This document shows positions 13,215 through 24,645 of a stretch of DNA of 64,000 bases, in pieces. This DNA comes from Histomonas meleagridis 2922-C6/04-290x (Eukaryota > Protista > Parabasalia), in NCBI GenBank assembly GCA_020184695.1, contig JAANOX010000106.1:1-64000 (forward strand), read 5' to 3'. The first letter of the stretch is position 1; each line of letters starts with the position of its first letter. Both the position numbers and the translations under genes were made by a program. A model generated the notes under the pieces. That model worked only from the letters and a program-made list of their open reading frames with translations. It was not told the origin of the DNA and searched no databases.

Positions 13215-13592
13215 ATGAGAGAGTTTGTTTCTTCGTCTGGTATACATATCAAGGTTGGTGAGAATGAGAAAGAAAATGGTTTTCTAATTAGACATTCTCA
13301 TCAAGATTTTATTTGGTGTCATTTGAAAAATCGTCCTTCTCCACATGTTGTAATCGAAAGTGCAGAACCTGACTCAGACACAATCTCAGATGCACTTCAA
13401 TTAGTGAAATGGTTTTCTAAAGCGAAAAATGAAAACTCGACTAATTGCATCATATCAAAAATTAGGAATCTTATTCGTGTTGATTACCAGCATCCTGGAC
13501 TTGTCCAACTGAAGAAAGCTCCAGTTACAAAAACAGTTAAAGTTGATTTTTCAGAACTTCGTCGACTTGGAATTGATCCTTCAAAACAATGA
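13215..13592 (+). CDS. Stand-alone NFACT-R (DUF814-like) RNA-binding domain protein
   Basis: KVGENEKEN, DFIWCHLKNRPSPHVVI and DALQLVKWFSKAK match the NFACT-R pattern (VG.N..QN, W.H....PGSH, A..AA.YSKA). Confidence 0.7.
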   Translation: MREFVSSSGIHIKVGENEKENGFLIRHSHQDFIWCHLKNRPSPHVVIESAEPDSDTISDALQLVKWFSKAKNENSTNCIISKIRNLIRVDYQHPGLVQLKKAPVTKTVKVDFSELRRLGIDPSKQ

Positions 13593-13619
13593 TTTTTTTG
13601 TTAAATATTATTATCCAAG

Positions 13620-13790
13620 TAATACTTCAAAAGGAAGCGGGGATGTAATCATCGATTGTGGTTATCCTAAATGTTTCGCACAAATAAGAACAGATGGAAC
13701 ATTTAGATACATATAAAACATTTCTGGTTGGACAGCATGACCAGAAGCACACATCAGAACAAATCCAGGAATAAAGTTTTGTATTTATTA
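13620..13790 (+). pseudogene. Short decayed coding fragment of unknown family
   Basis: Protein-like frame GSGDVIIDCGYPKCFAQIRTDGTFRYI*NISGWTA*PE with two stops. Confidence 0.3.
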
Positions 13791-14221
13791 TAATTTTTTA
13801 ACAAAAGATAAAAAATATCATGACATAAATTTTCCTTGTTTTTATATAGAATGTTTATGGTGATAAAGAATGTGAGTTATGTCGTGGTAATTTAGACTCT
13901 TTAATATTAATTTATTCATAGATTATCAAAATCATTTAAAAGTCTTCATGTATATAACTCACCCAATGTTATGAGAAGTGAAATACCATTTTCTTAGCGA
14001 ATGAAATATTAATTATAAATATTGACCCATGCCATAATTGTTTATTCTTTTCTTATTCTGAATCAAGTACCTCTTCATTCGTTCTTTAAAATCACTCTCA
14101 TCGAATTTTGTATAAACTCACATCTGATCTACAATTAATTTAACAATTTTTTTTTGTTATACTTTCAAACAAATTCACATCTATTCTATGGGAAAAAAGT
14201 GAAATCTTGATCATTAAGAAT

Positions 14222-15448
14222 TTATATTTTTATTTGCTTATTATATATCTGTAGTACTATCGGAAAGAAGTGCAGTTCGTATTCTATTCTTTTCTTGAGT
14301 TCGTCGTCAACATTTTTGAATTCATCGCACAAGAACTGCGCAATATGGAACGCTCCAATTTTTGCAGTGATTCCAATTAATTTCAAGAAAACGTTTCCGT
14401 TTGTTCTAAAATCGATATTTAACTCGTCCAGCAGCCAACTCGTCGCGTTTAAGTGATGATGACGAATTGCGCATTTGATGCATGATTCATTAAAAGCATG
14501 TCCCGATGATTTTAGAGCCTCTAAAATGCCTATGGAGCCACCTGCAGCTGCAGCTTCTTCGATTGTTTGGCATTCGAAGTTTTCTGATATGGTCGTTGAA
14601 AATGATTTAATGTTAAGCATGTTAAAACATGACTCAGCACCAAAATAAGCAGCAGCAAAACAAAGCGGAAGCCGAACAATGTGATTCGAACCATAACTAT
14701 AGATAATTTGTTGATCACTAGTGCTGATAAGATATTGCGAATCATCGTTAAGAAGCGCTGTGTAGGAACTGAAGACGGCAGTTTCATTGTCAGTCAAAGT
14801 TGACTTCAAATTTATATCAGAAGGAATGTTGAAAGTGGAAAGAATATCATCATCATTATTTGTGGTACCATATGAATAATAAATTAGAGAATTGGTACAG
14901 CCTTGTGGAGGTGGCTGGAGAATTCTGTAGCGATAAAGAAAGCCACGGAAAATTGGTTGAAGATCAGGTGAATTATCAAATAATTCTTTTAAAAATTGGG
15001 ATTTTTCACTAAGGAAATTGAAGAAAATCGAAACAAACTTGGCAATTGAACTGTAATTTTGTGGTCTTCGATAAACAGCTTGAATAATTGCATTTGCAAA
15101 ATATTGTAAATCTGATTCTGTGAATGTTACTGTAGCGACAATACCCGACTCACTGTATTGGGAATTTTGAGGTAATATAGACTTAAAGAAATAATCAGCA
15201 TAAATAAAAAGATTTGCTTGGTTAATATTAGATAATATGTTAAAAATAGTTACTTGAAAGTTTGTGTGAAAGTCATCATAAATTTTATAAGTATTTAAAA
15301 GGAATTTTTTGGAAGAATATGATTGATAATTATATTTTGTTATATTTTTATTAACAACTTTCTTATTTGTTTGAATTGGCTTAACCGCATTTGTTTGTTT
15401 TGTATTATCGTCATTTTTTGCTGCAATCTTTGAAATTCTTCGCAGCAT
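14222..15448 (-). CDS. Ankyrin-like/DUF3447-related protein
   Basis: C-terminal LCFAAAYFGAESCFNML, AAAAGGSIGILEAL and CAIRHHHLNATSWLL are degenerate ankyrin-like repeats; intact 408-aa ORF. Confidence 0.6.
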   Translation of the reverse strand: MLRRISKIAAKNDDNTKQTNAVKPIQTNKKVVNKNITKYNYQSYSSKKFLLNTYKIYDDFHTNFQVTIFNILSNINQANLFIYADYFFKSILPQNSQYSESGIVATVTFTESDLQYFANAIIQAVYRRPQNYSSIAKFVSIFFNFLSEKSQFLKELFDNSPDLQPIFRGFLYRYRILQPPPQGCTNSLIYYSYGTTNNDDDILSTFNIPSDINLKSTLTDNETAVFSSYTALLNDDSQYLISTSDQQIIYSYGSNHIVRLPLCFAAAYFGAESCFNMLNIKSFSTTISENFECQTIEEAAAAGGSIGILEALKSSGHAFNESCIKCAIRHHHLNATSWLLDELNIDFRTNGNVFLKLIGITAKIGAFHIAQFLCDEFKNVDDELKKRIEYELHFFPIVLQIYNKQIKI

Positions 15449-15575
15449 GGTTTAAAACGGACATGTTACATGAAATTATTTTATTCATTTTTTTTGGCCC
15501 GCCCCATATCCATATACAAAAAGTTCCCCGACCATATGACAACTAACCGCCGCAAATTGACTTGGCCTTGGCCGT

Positions 15576-15580
15576 CCTTT
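15576..15580 (+). promoter_or_regulatory. Candidate CCTTT (M5-type) core promoter motif
   Basis: CCTTT ends 8 nt before the RPLP0 ATG; this motif is known from trichomonad ribosomal-protein promoters. Confidence 0.45.
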
Positions 15581-15587
15581 ATCTCTG

Positions 15588-16535
15588 ATGCATCACGAGA
15601 AGAAAATCCCACAAAAGAAGCTTGATTTCTGCGCTAAATTCAAGGAAATGTTCCACAAGTATAACAAGCTTGCCCTTGTTTCCGCCGAGAATGTTACAGC
15701 TTCTCAACTTCTTGGAATCCGTCACGATCTTCAAGGTCTTGCCGAAATTGTTTTCGGTAAGAACTCACTCATGAGAAGAGTTGTTGAAGAACTTAAGAGC
15801 GAACTTAAGAACATCGAAGTTCTTGAACCACTTATCTACCACGGCGTTGGCTTCTGCTTCACAAACGGATCATTCTCAAAGATCAAAGATGTCATCGACA
15901 ACCACTGTAAGGGTTCACCAGCTAAAGTTGGTGCTATCTCACCATGTGATGTTGTTGTTCCACCAATGCGTACAACCCTTCCACCAACACAAGTTTCCGT
16001 TCTTCACGCCTTAAACATCCAATCCAAGATCTTCAAGGGTACCATTGAAATCACATCAGAAAAACTTCTTATCAAAGAAGGTGAAAAGGTTGGTGCCTCA
16101 GAAGCTAACTTACTCGGTCTCCTTAACATCATGCCATTCAAGTACACCCTTAAACTTGTCAAACTTTACGATAATGGAAATCTTTATGAACCAAGCATCC
16201 TTGAAATTTCCGATGAAGTCCTTTCTGGAAAGTTCGCCACAGCCCTCAAGAACGTTGCTGGTCTTTCCATTGGAATTGGCTATGTCAATGCTGCATCTGC
16301 TCCACATATGGTTGGCTCAGCATTCAAGGATATTGCATCAATTGCTGTTGCCATTGACTACCAAATGAAGCAAATCGCAGATGTCCAAGCACTTCTTGCT
16401 GATCCAGAGGCACTTGCTAAGATGCAAGCTGCAGCCGCTGCATCTGCTCCAGCTGGAGAAGAAAAGAAGGAAGAGAAGAAGGAAGAGGAAGAAGTTGTCG
16501 AATTAGCTGGTGGATTCGATGATCTTTTCGATTAA
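15588..16535 (+). CDS. RPLP0: 60S acidic ribosomal protein P0 (uL10)
   Basis: IVFGKNSLMRR, GSPAKVGAISPCDVVVP, Ala-rich hinge and acidic tail EEEEVVELAGGFDDLFD. Confidence 0.97.
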   Translation: MHHEKKIPQKKLDFCAKFKEMFHKYNKLALVSAENVTASQLLGIRHDLQGLAEIVFGKNSLMRRVVEELKSELKNIEVLEPLIYHGVGFCFTNGSFSKIKDVIDNHCKGSPAKVGAISPCDVVVPPMRTTLPPTQVSVLHALNIQSKIFKGTIEITSEKLLIKEGEKVGASEANLLGLLNIMPFKYTLKLVKLYDNGNLYEPSILEISDEVLSGKFATALKNVAGLSIGIGYVNAASAPHMVGSAFKDIASIAVAIDYQMKQIADVQALLADPEALAKMQAAAAASAPAGEEKKEEKKEEEEVVELAGGFDDLFD

Positions 16536-16896
16536 ATAATTTCTTATTCGTGAAGGATAAACATCACCTTCAGATTCCACTTTTTTAATGTTTTACATGT
16601 TTTAAATGTAATTTCATTCGGTTTATCTTATCGTGTACAGATTTTATCGTTGGTGTGTGAATTCTTTATATTTGTTGATGATTAAATTTTTATTGTAATG
16701 AAGCAAAATTATATTTTTAAATTGAACATCTTTTTTAGGGCGTTGTGCGTAAGTTTGGAGATATTTCATTATTTTTTCATGTGTCTCATTATGCAGCGAA
16801 ATATATTGATAATATTATACAGCGCAAAATAAAGCGAATATTTTAATTTATAGAAAAATATCCAATACAAGCACTCTTTTTTTGTTAAAATCAACA

Positions 16897-16969
16897 GGGA
16901 CTCTAGCTCACCTGGGAGAGCACACGACTGAAGATCGTGAGGTACGTGGTTCGAGTCCGCGGAGTCCCA
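16897..16969 (+). tRNA. tRNA-Phe(GAA)
   Basis: Acceptor GGGACTC/GAGTCCC, D arm GCTC/GAGC, anticodon stem CACGA/TCGTG with loop CTGAAGA (GAA at 16930-16932), T loop TTCGAGT, followed by T-runs. Confidence 0.95.
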
Positions 16970-17114
16970 ATTTTTAATTTTTTTCTTGCAGTCAAATTTT
17001 TATAGGAATTCATCACTGAATAATGAATACATAATAAGAAACATATTAAACACATTAAAAAATCTATAAATTATAAATTGTTATTGAGCAATAACACCAA
17101 GTTGTTTTATTATA

Positions 17115-18311
17115 TCAAATCTTATTCAACCATGGAGAGAAAAGCAGTTCTTCTGCGGATGGTCTCTGGCTCGGGATTATTGCCAGCATTGGCTCGATGA
17201 ACTCAGCTATATCAGCTGCGTCTTCCTTTGTCAAATTATATCCCACCAACAAGTTAAACAATGTTGTTTCACTTTCGCTTGTCTTATACCTTAGCTCGCC
17301 ATTCTCATTATATAACTCATCATAACAATGTCCTTCAAGAGCCCAGTCATGTGGTATCGGCCCCATAACCGTTTCGATCAGTGAAATGTGAAACGCATCA
17401 AAAACCGCCCGATTTTCAATGGTTTCTTCTTCTTCTTCCTCTTCTCCTTCGAAAACGGGGTCAAAGAGGTGGTGCCTAGTTGCGAGCTCGAATGTCATGC
17501 AAGCTAGGGACCATATGTCGGCAGAAGTGTTATATGGAAGACCAAGAAGAACTTCTGGTGAACGATATTGTCTGGTTTGAATCAAATCATTTAAAACATT
17601 GTTAACAAAACATGCATTCCCAATGTCACCAAGCTTAAAGCTAACTAAATTAGGATCATCTTCAAGTGGATGAAATACTTTTTGCGATAATCCTGGAAAT
17701 CCTTTGTATGGAAAAAGGGGTGATGTACACATAACATTTTCAGGCTTGAGATCTGTATGAATAACACCTTTCTTGTGCATGTATTCAAGTCCTAAAAGTG
17801 TATCTTTTGCAATCTTTTTGATGAGGGGGATTGGAAGTTGAATATAAGTGGCATCAAAATAATTGAGAAACGTAAGGATGTTGTGGGCAACAAGTTCAAA
17901 TACAAAACATGCATGCTTGTTGTGATGGAAAAGTCGATGAAATTTAACAAGTTTGACATCAGAAGACATGTTATCGCAAAGATAACTATTGATTATAAAT
18001 TCATCTTCATATTCTTCATCAGATGTGCCTTTGAGAATTTTTATTGCTACATTTTCTTTTAATATGAGATCATGTGCTAACCAAACAAGACAAAATGTAC
18101 CTCGTCCAATGACTTCTTTTAGTTGGTACCTGTGATCAAGAATTAAATTTTTAGGAAAGATGCAAAATCCTTCTTTGTTATCAATATCATTTAGCTCAAA
18201 AATTGGTTCCATTGGTTCGCCACTGTAACAACGATTAAATTCATCATCAATTTGAAGTTGGTCTGAAGATACTGAATGAATGTCTTCTTGGTCTGTTCTC
18301 GTTCCCTTCAT
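17115..18311 (-). CDS. SRPK: SRPK-like CMGC serine/threonine kinase
   Basis: GRGTFCLVWL, IHTDLKPENV, KLGDIGNAC and IQTRQYRSPEVLLG; first ATG at 18311 (the track start is TTG). Confidence 0.88.
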   Translation of the reverse strand: MKGTRTDQEDIHSVSSDQLQIDDEFNRCYSGEPMEPIFELNDIDNKEGFCIFPKNLILDHRYQLKEVIGRGTFCLVWLAHDLILKENVAIKILKGTSDEEYEDEFIINSYLCDNMSSDVKLVKFHRLFHHNKHACFVFELVAHNILTFLNYFDATYIQLPIPLIKKIAKDTLLGLEYMHKKGVIHTDLKPENVMCTSPLFPYKGFPGLSQKVFHPLEDDPNLVSFKLGDIGNACFVNNVLNDLIQTRQYRSPEVLLGLPYNTSADIWSLACMTFELATRHHLFDPVFEGEEEEEEETIENRAVFDAFHISLIETVMGPIPHDWALEGHCYDELYNENGELRYKTSESETTLFNLLVGYNLTKEDAADIAEFIEPMLAIIPSQRPSAEELLFSPWLNKI

Positions 18312-19139
18312 GGAATGGCAAACGAACTTCTTCAATTGTTTTGTTTTTTCGATAACTGCCAATAACGTTCGATAAAATGGGGTGCCCTATATTATTAACA
18401 ATTGTCATAAAACATGGAATTACAAAACTTAAATATACCAGGTATAGCATTTAATAAAATTTGATGAAAAAAGTGAATAATTTCTAGAGATTCATGAAAT
18501 GAACACAGTTTTAAACAATTATGATGTAGGTAAAAAAAAAAAAAAACACAAACCAATTGAGGGGAAATAGTTTGAACTTATTACATTTTTGTTTTTCATG
18601 ATTTTCTATAATATTACTTAGTTGATAATGGAGTTTTCATATATTACATTAGTAAATATCTTCAAATTAATATATGATACGATAGAATAATTTACCCATA
18701 ATCCATATTATGACACTTGTTCTATTCGATTTTCTTAATTTAATTTTATCTTGTGTAAAGCGTCATTTATAAAGTAAAAATTAAAAAATTCGAAAAAATA
18801 AATCATACAATAATTCAATAGGGGCCACCGTTATACCCTGGAAACATTTTAACCCTATAAATGATCGGAAATTCGATCGTACAATCGTGCAATATTCACC
18901 CAAATATCACAAAAACGCCGAACCTTTTACAAAAAGAACGAGGGTTTTCTAAATTGACACGAATTGAATCTGATTTGAGAACAAGAATGGGAGAAAATCG
19001 AGATAAAGCAAGGATTTTTCTTTTATAATATTAATGAAAATATAATTTTCCCTATTTTTTTTAGGATCATTTGTACGGCATGGCATAGTATAGAAAAAGT
19101 GGATTTACCTAAAATTTATATTGCTATTGAAAATTGTAT

Positions 19140-19597
19140 ATTCTTTTTGGCGCCAAATTCCAATTTGATCTAAGAATGAAAATGCTTCTAACTTTCACAT
19201 TTATGAATTTTCATGGTCTTGAAATATCACATTCCTGAACACTCATGCTCCTTAACTCTCATGCTCTTTTTCTTTTGTAAAATCGCTCATTTTTAAATAT
19301 ATGTAAAAATTTTTAGATTTGTGCAAGGCGCATAATATGTACCTTGGTCAATGTAATAGCTTCGCTATAACCGATTTATATGCTTGATCTTCATCAGTGA
19401 TGATAACCTTATTTAAAGCTCCAACATTGTCATCTGAGAAAATGCACTTCCATAGAAATTCCAAAACTTCTTCTGTCTCAAAAGCCACATAACAGAGACC
19501 AGTTGATAGTGTGTGGCGATTTGAATCTACTACACTAACTGGAATGGTTAGTCAATCATTGTCAAGATTGGACTCTGTTCTATGGAACATAATCACA
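19140..19597 (-). pseudogene. MULE transposase catalytic-domain fragment (not in the ORF track)
   Basis: Minus frame TIPVSVVDSNRHTLSTGLCYVAFETEEVLEFLW..VIITDEDQAYKSVI..*PRYILCALHKSKNF fits the MULE domain (TD.d.A and CxxH). Confidence 0.72.
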
Positions 19598-20484
19598 TCA
19601 GAAAATCTTAATAAATTTTAGATAACTTAGATTTTTACACATTTTTTCTTCATATAAATAATGAAAGATATCGTTTTGATGAAATTTAACTGCTGTTTCA
19701 TATGCATTTTCAAATGATGAATGATTTTGTTCACATAAATGAAGAATTTCTAAATTCCCACCTGCATTCGCATATTTACCTGTATTTTCTATATCAGAAC
19801 CATTCACAAGTAAATATTTGAAACATTTAACAGAAGAAAAAAATGCTGCATAATCAATTAATGTAACATTTTCTTTATTAACAAATGAACATCTTTCATA
19901 AAGTGATGGTTCAATTGTTTGGTTAAAATCAAAATTTGTTTGTGATGATATTTCTTGAAGTTTTTCTATTTCATCATTTCGAATTATTTTTGAAATTTCA
20001 TTTGGATTATGTCCTTCTTCAATTAATTTCTTATGCAGTTCAAAATCATTTTCTTTAAGTTCTTCTATTTGCTTGTTAGTGTTTTCTTTTTCTGGGAAAT
20101 AATGCATAAAATATGTTTGGATAATTTTTGGTTAAATTATCTCGTCTTCAATCAATTTTTCAAGAAGATAATTTGATTCTTGACTATCAGTTAATAATAA
20201 TAATTGAGTGAAAATGTTGATGATATTATAACTTGACTTTGTTTCGATTGTTTGTAAATACTTGAGACATAATTTTTCATAGCCACGTGATACAAAATAT
20301 GAATAAATAATTCTACAAATGATATGAAGAATAGAATATTTGAAATTGCTCCAAGAAAATGTACTTAGAATGAAGATTCAACTAATTGATCAATATTATT
20401 TTCATTTAAATCAAATATAATTTTTTCTAGATCTTGTAATATTTGGAGATTTCCTCTGTTAGTTGGCATGGCTTTGACTTCCAT
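19598..20484 (-). pseudogene. DUF3447/ankyrin family gene, frameshifted and 3'-truncated against the MULE fragment
   Basis: EGHNPNEISKIIRNDEIEKLQ and TLIDYAAFFSSVKCFKYL; paralog of 42993..44189 and 50451..51479. Confidence 0.8.
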
Positions 20485-20850
20485 ATTGGAGAAAACTCCG
20501 AAACTTGAGATAATGTCTTAGGGCACCCTAATTCATTGTTATAGAGTTTGTAATTGAATTGCATTTAATCGTAAGCAGTTATACATTCAACCAATTATCT
20601 TTTCAATTTAAAAGGTGATCAAAATGTGTTGAATTTTTAGTTAACTAATTTTAGATTTGAACAGTGTATGTATTTAAATATATTTTGAACAATTTTATTG
20701 ATTTTAAGCAAAATTTGTATTCTCATGAAAATGGAGAGAAAAAGTAAATATGCTCATCGCATATGTACCCCTACAGGGCAAAAAAATAATTAAGGCACAA
20801 ATAATTCAAATAAAGTGTTGTGTCAAATTTATTTTTATTCAATTTTTAAA

Positions 20851-21085
20851 TATTTACTTTTGTAAAGCAAGACACTTTTTTTTATAATCGTCACTTTTTT
20901 GCCAATTACTTTTGTGAAGCAAGAGAATCTTTTTGATAGGATAGACATTTTTTTTGTATAGCATATGTAAACTTCTCAATTTTAGACATTTACTTTTCCA
21001 AAGCAAGACAATATTTTTGTTAAGCAAGTGATTTATTTTGTAGATGTGTCACTTTTCGGATATTTAATTTTGTAAAGCAAGCCAA
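20851..21085. repeat. Four dispersed ~24-bp direct repeats
   Basis: Consensus ATTTACTTTTGTAAAGCAAGAC at about 20851, 20904, 20987 and 21061. Confidence 0.55.
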
Positions 21086-21244
21086 ACAAAAAGCAAACAG
21101 CTGTACCATTTATTTATTTATTCAGATGGAATTACTGTTATATGTTAAAATTCTATTCAGGATACAGTAAATCTCAAATTAGTTGAAGCGTTTCAACCTG
21201 ATTTCACTCAGTTTTATTATTTTATTCAAAATTATTAAATTTAT

Positions 21245-22850
21245 TTAGTTTAATTTTTCGTATTCGTTTGAAATACTCGATAAATTATTTTTCCGATTCA
21301 TCTTCTTTTTCCTAGCGATCAAAATCACTCCGATGACAATTATAACTCCAATTGGAACGCAAACTCCAACAACAATTTTCCATTTATTATTATCTTCGAC
21401 ACCATAACTTGGATTGCATTCATCGATTAATTTTCCTTTAGCTACATCTAAAGCACCAAATTTGCTACTTTTATATGTTTCTGATGTCATTACAATTTTT
21501 GCTCGAACTTGATTAAACGCATTCTCAGCAACTGTTGGTTTATTTTCACCATAAAAATAAATACATTGTAGTTTGAAGCACTCAGAAAACGCTAATGATT
21601 GAATTTCTTCCACATTTTCCCCGATATATAGAGTTGTTAAATTATAACATTCATTAAAAGCTAATTCTTCAATTATTTTTACGGAATTTGGAATTGTTAA
21701 GTTTACCAAAAATTTGACTTTAGAAAAAGCACTTTTGCCAATGTTAATTAAAGTATTTGGTAAAATTAAATCAGAAATTTCTTTAAATAAAGGATATACA
21801 ATTAATTTCGTAATATTTTTATCATAAACAACTCCATCATTTTCATAATTGGAATATTTTGGATTTGATTTCGATATGTTAATAATTCGAAGATTTTACA
21901 AGAGCCAAAAATAATTTTGTTGAATTAATGTAACTGATTCAGGAATTGTAACAATTTTAATGTTATTACAGCCAGAAAATGATTCATTTCGAATTGTATC
22001 AACTGAATTTGGTATATTAAATATTTCGTTTTTGTTTCCTTGTGGATATTGTATAAGATATGAAACATTTTTGTCGTATAAAATTCCGTCGTTTTCATAA
22101 TTGGAATATTTAAATGCATTTTCGGATATTGAAGTAACAGAACTCGAAATTGTTATGTTCTCAATTACCGAATATGAAAATGCAGCTTCAATCGTTTTAA
22201 CATTATCACCAATTGTAATTGACTTAAAACTTGATAACATAAATGCATTCGCTTCAATAATTAAGACATTATTTGGTATTATTAAATCTTGTGAATTTAT
22301 ACATTCAAAAAATGATAATTTGCCAATGGTTATGATTGTATCCGGAATTTGATATTCGGTTTTTTGGCAGATGGATAATTGTTGTGATGTCTTTATCATA
22401 TATAACACCATCGTTATTAATGTTGGAATAGTGTGCGTTGTCTTCAGATATTGCAATGTGATTAAGCTTATGACACCTCATAAATGAATCTGAGTTAATT
22501 GAAGAAACAGATTTTGGTATGCTAATGTTTGTTATTGGACACCCTGCAAATGCAGTGGCATTAATCGTCGTTAAATTTTCACCCAAAATAATTGTTATCA
22601 AATTGATACACGACATAAATGCACTCGTTCCAATTAAAGTAACTGAATTACCGATATCCACAGAAAGTACACCTATCCACAGTTCAAATGCATTTTTTGG
22701 AATTTCTTTGATTCCTTCTCCAATAATAATATGTAGAGTACTTAATTGGTAGTCATCATTAAATTCACTTGGATTATTTATTGTAAGCGTTTTTGTTTTA
22801 CTATCGTATGTCTGCAAAGAATGTGAAAAAAGAAGAAAAAAGAAAGTCAT
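21245..22850 (-). pseudogene. BspA-like leucine-rich-repeat (TpLRR) surface protein, frameshifted
   Basis: Three consecutive ORFs with IPNSVxxIxxxAF repeats, an N-terminal signal-like segment, a C-terminal TM and a tail ending YEKL. Confidence 0.85.
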
Positions 22851-23149
22851 TTTATGAACAGGAAGTTCAAATTTGAAAGCGCTTATGTCCGCACCAGATA
22901 AGGACTTTACATAAAAGTGGTAAAAAAAGTGGAAAATTCGAATTTCAAAATTAAAGCAGTAGACTTTGGTTTCCTTGGTCCTTTAAAGTTTCAAGTTGAA
23001 TGGTTGTGAATGTGTTATCAAGTGAGTCAACTGCTAATGTCGTTAATCAATATTATCCACAATTCAATTGTCAAAAATTTTTGTATGAATTTTGTTTTTA
23101 TTTGAATTAAAAGAGCTTATGTCAAGAGGAGAGCCTATGGGTGGATGGA

Positions 23150-23460
23150 GCAATCGGCGGCATGAAGAACATGAATTTCATTTTCGATATTTTTATCGAT
23201 AATAAAATCTGTATCAATTGTAGGGTGGTTGTGCCTAACATCCAAGGAGGAGAGGTGGAAGCCTTGTTTTGTCTTTGACACATTGATGAAGAATGGACAA
23301 CCTATTTTTTTGAAAATTTAGCAGTTGGGCTGGGAACCCAGAAAACTCGCAACAATATTGAACAAAATCCCCCGTTTTCCCCTTTTGGGCACATGGTGTG
23401 AAGCCATTTCGTGCAAGTCGTGATGATGAATTGTTCTACATCTTTCTCTTGCTCTTAAAA
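23150..23460 (-). pseudogene. MULE-type (FAR1/WRKY-GCM1-like) DNA-binding zinc-finger fragment
   Basis: Minus frame NC*IFKKIGCPFFINVSKTKQGFHLSSLDVRHNHP (GCP...HNH pattern). Confidence 0.45.
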
Positions 23461-24645
23461 ATATACATTAATTACATCTCCATTATAAAATTAATTATTA
23501 GCAATTTTCTTTTCCTCTTCCTGTATCCAATAATTATTTAAAATATGAAATATTATTAATTACTAATTTATACAATTTGTATCTGAAATGATCGAAACCA
23601 GTTCAGAAGATTTCCCAAACAAACATACTCAATTTATATGCCGATCAAATTACATAGAAATATATCGTATGAGTAAAGTTCACAATCGAGTGACGAACCG
23701 AAAACTTAATTTATGTAATATAAATGAATAAATTATTTTTTAACAAATTAGTGCACCACCATGGGGCAGATCCAACATTATTTGTGTGTATGAGTGTACT
23801 ATTCATGATGAGATATTTGAGAAATTTGGATTTTCAGATATATCTGAAAATCATGTGATTTGCTAACTCCTTAATTCCCATTCTTCTATTAGCTATAGTC
23901 AAACTTATTAGTTCTGATTCGAGTTCTGGTTTCCTCTTTTTTGGTCAACTTAGTTTTTTGTCTAAATTGAATATATTTAATTCACCTTAATTGATTTGTT
24001 CCCTTACATTACGAATAAAATTTCTACCGTGCTAATAAAATTAGAAGTTCCTTAACGATAGAATGCTCATCTTTTATGCAAGGACTTATGAATTCATTTG
24101 AATCAATTAAATGATTTGTAATTAATGAGATTTTTTCGTATACATAAAATTTTATGTTTCCATACAATCGTTGCGATATTATTGAAAGGAAGCCACATTT
24201 AAAAAGATAACAAGTGCACAGATAAGACGGAAAAAATAGAAAAACACATCTAAACGAGTTTGATTTCTTTATTTATCATTAAATTTAAATATTGTCTTCA
24301 GAATGCATTTGAACATGTTAAGAGTTGATAAACATCTTCACAACAAAAAGTATTTTATGTACAATGCATTACGAAGATTTTATCGTGATGGCTAATTGGT
24401 GCATGAAGAGAAAACAATCGAATTCTTTAGGATGCATAAAATTTTTGCTGGATTCATTAATGTGATCATTGATGGGAAAATATTTTTATTCTTCAATGTT
24501 AACATTAAATGTAAATTAAAAAGAATTTGTTACATTTAGTAAAAAATAATTAAAAATGATAATGAATTCGACGATGTAAAGAAATGTCAAATGAAGAAAT
24601 TCAAAATTTATATAAACATTGATGAATGATATAATTAAAAATTAT

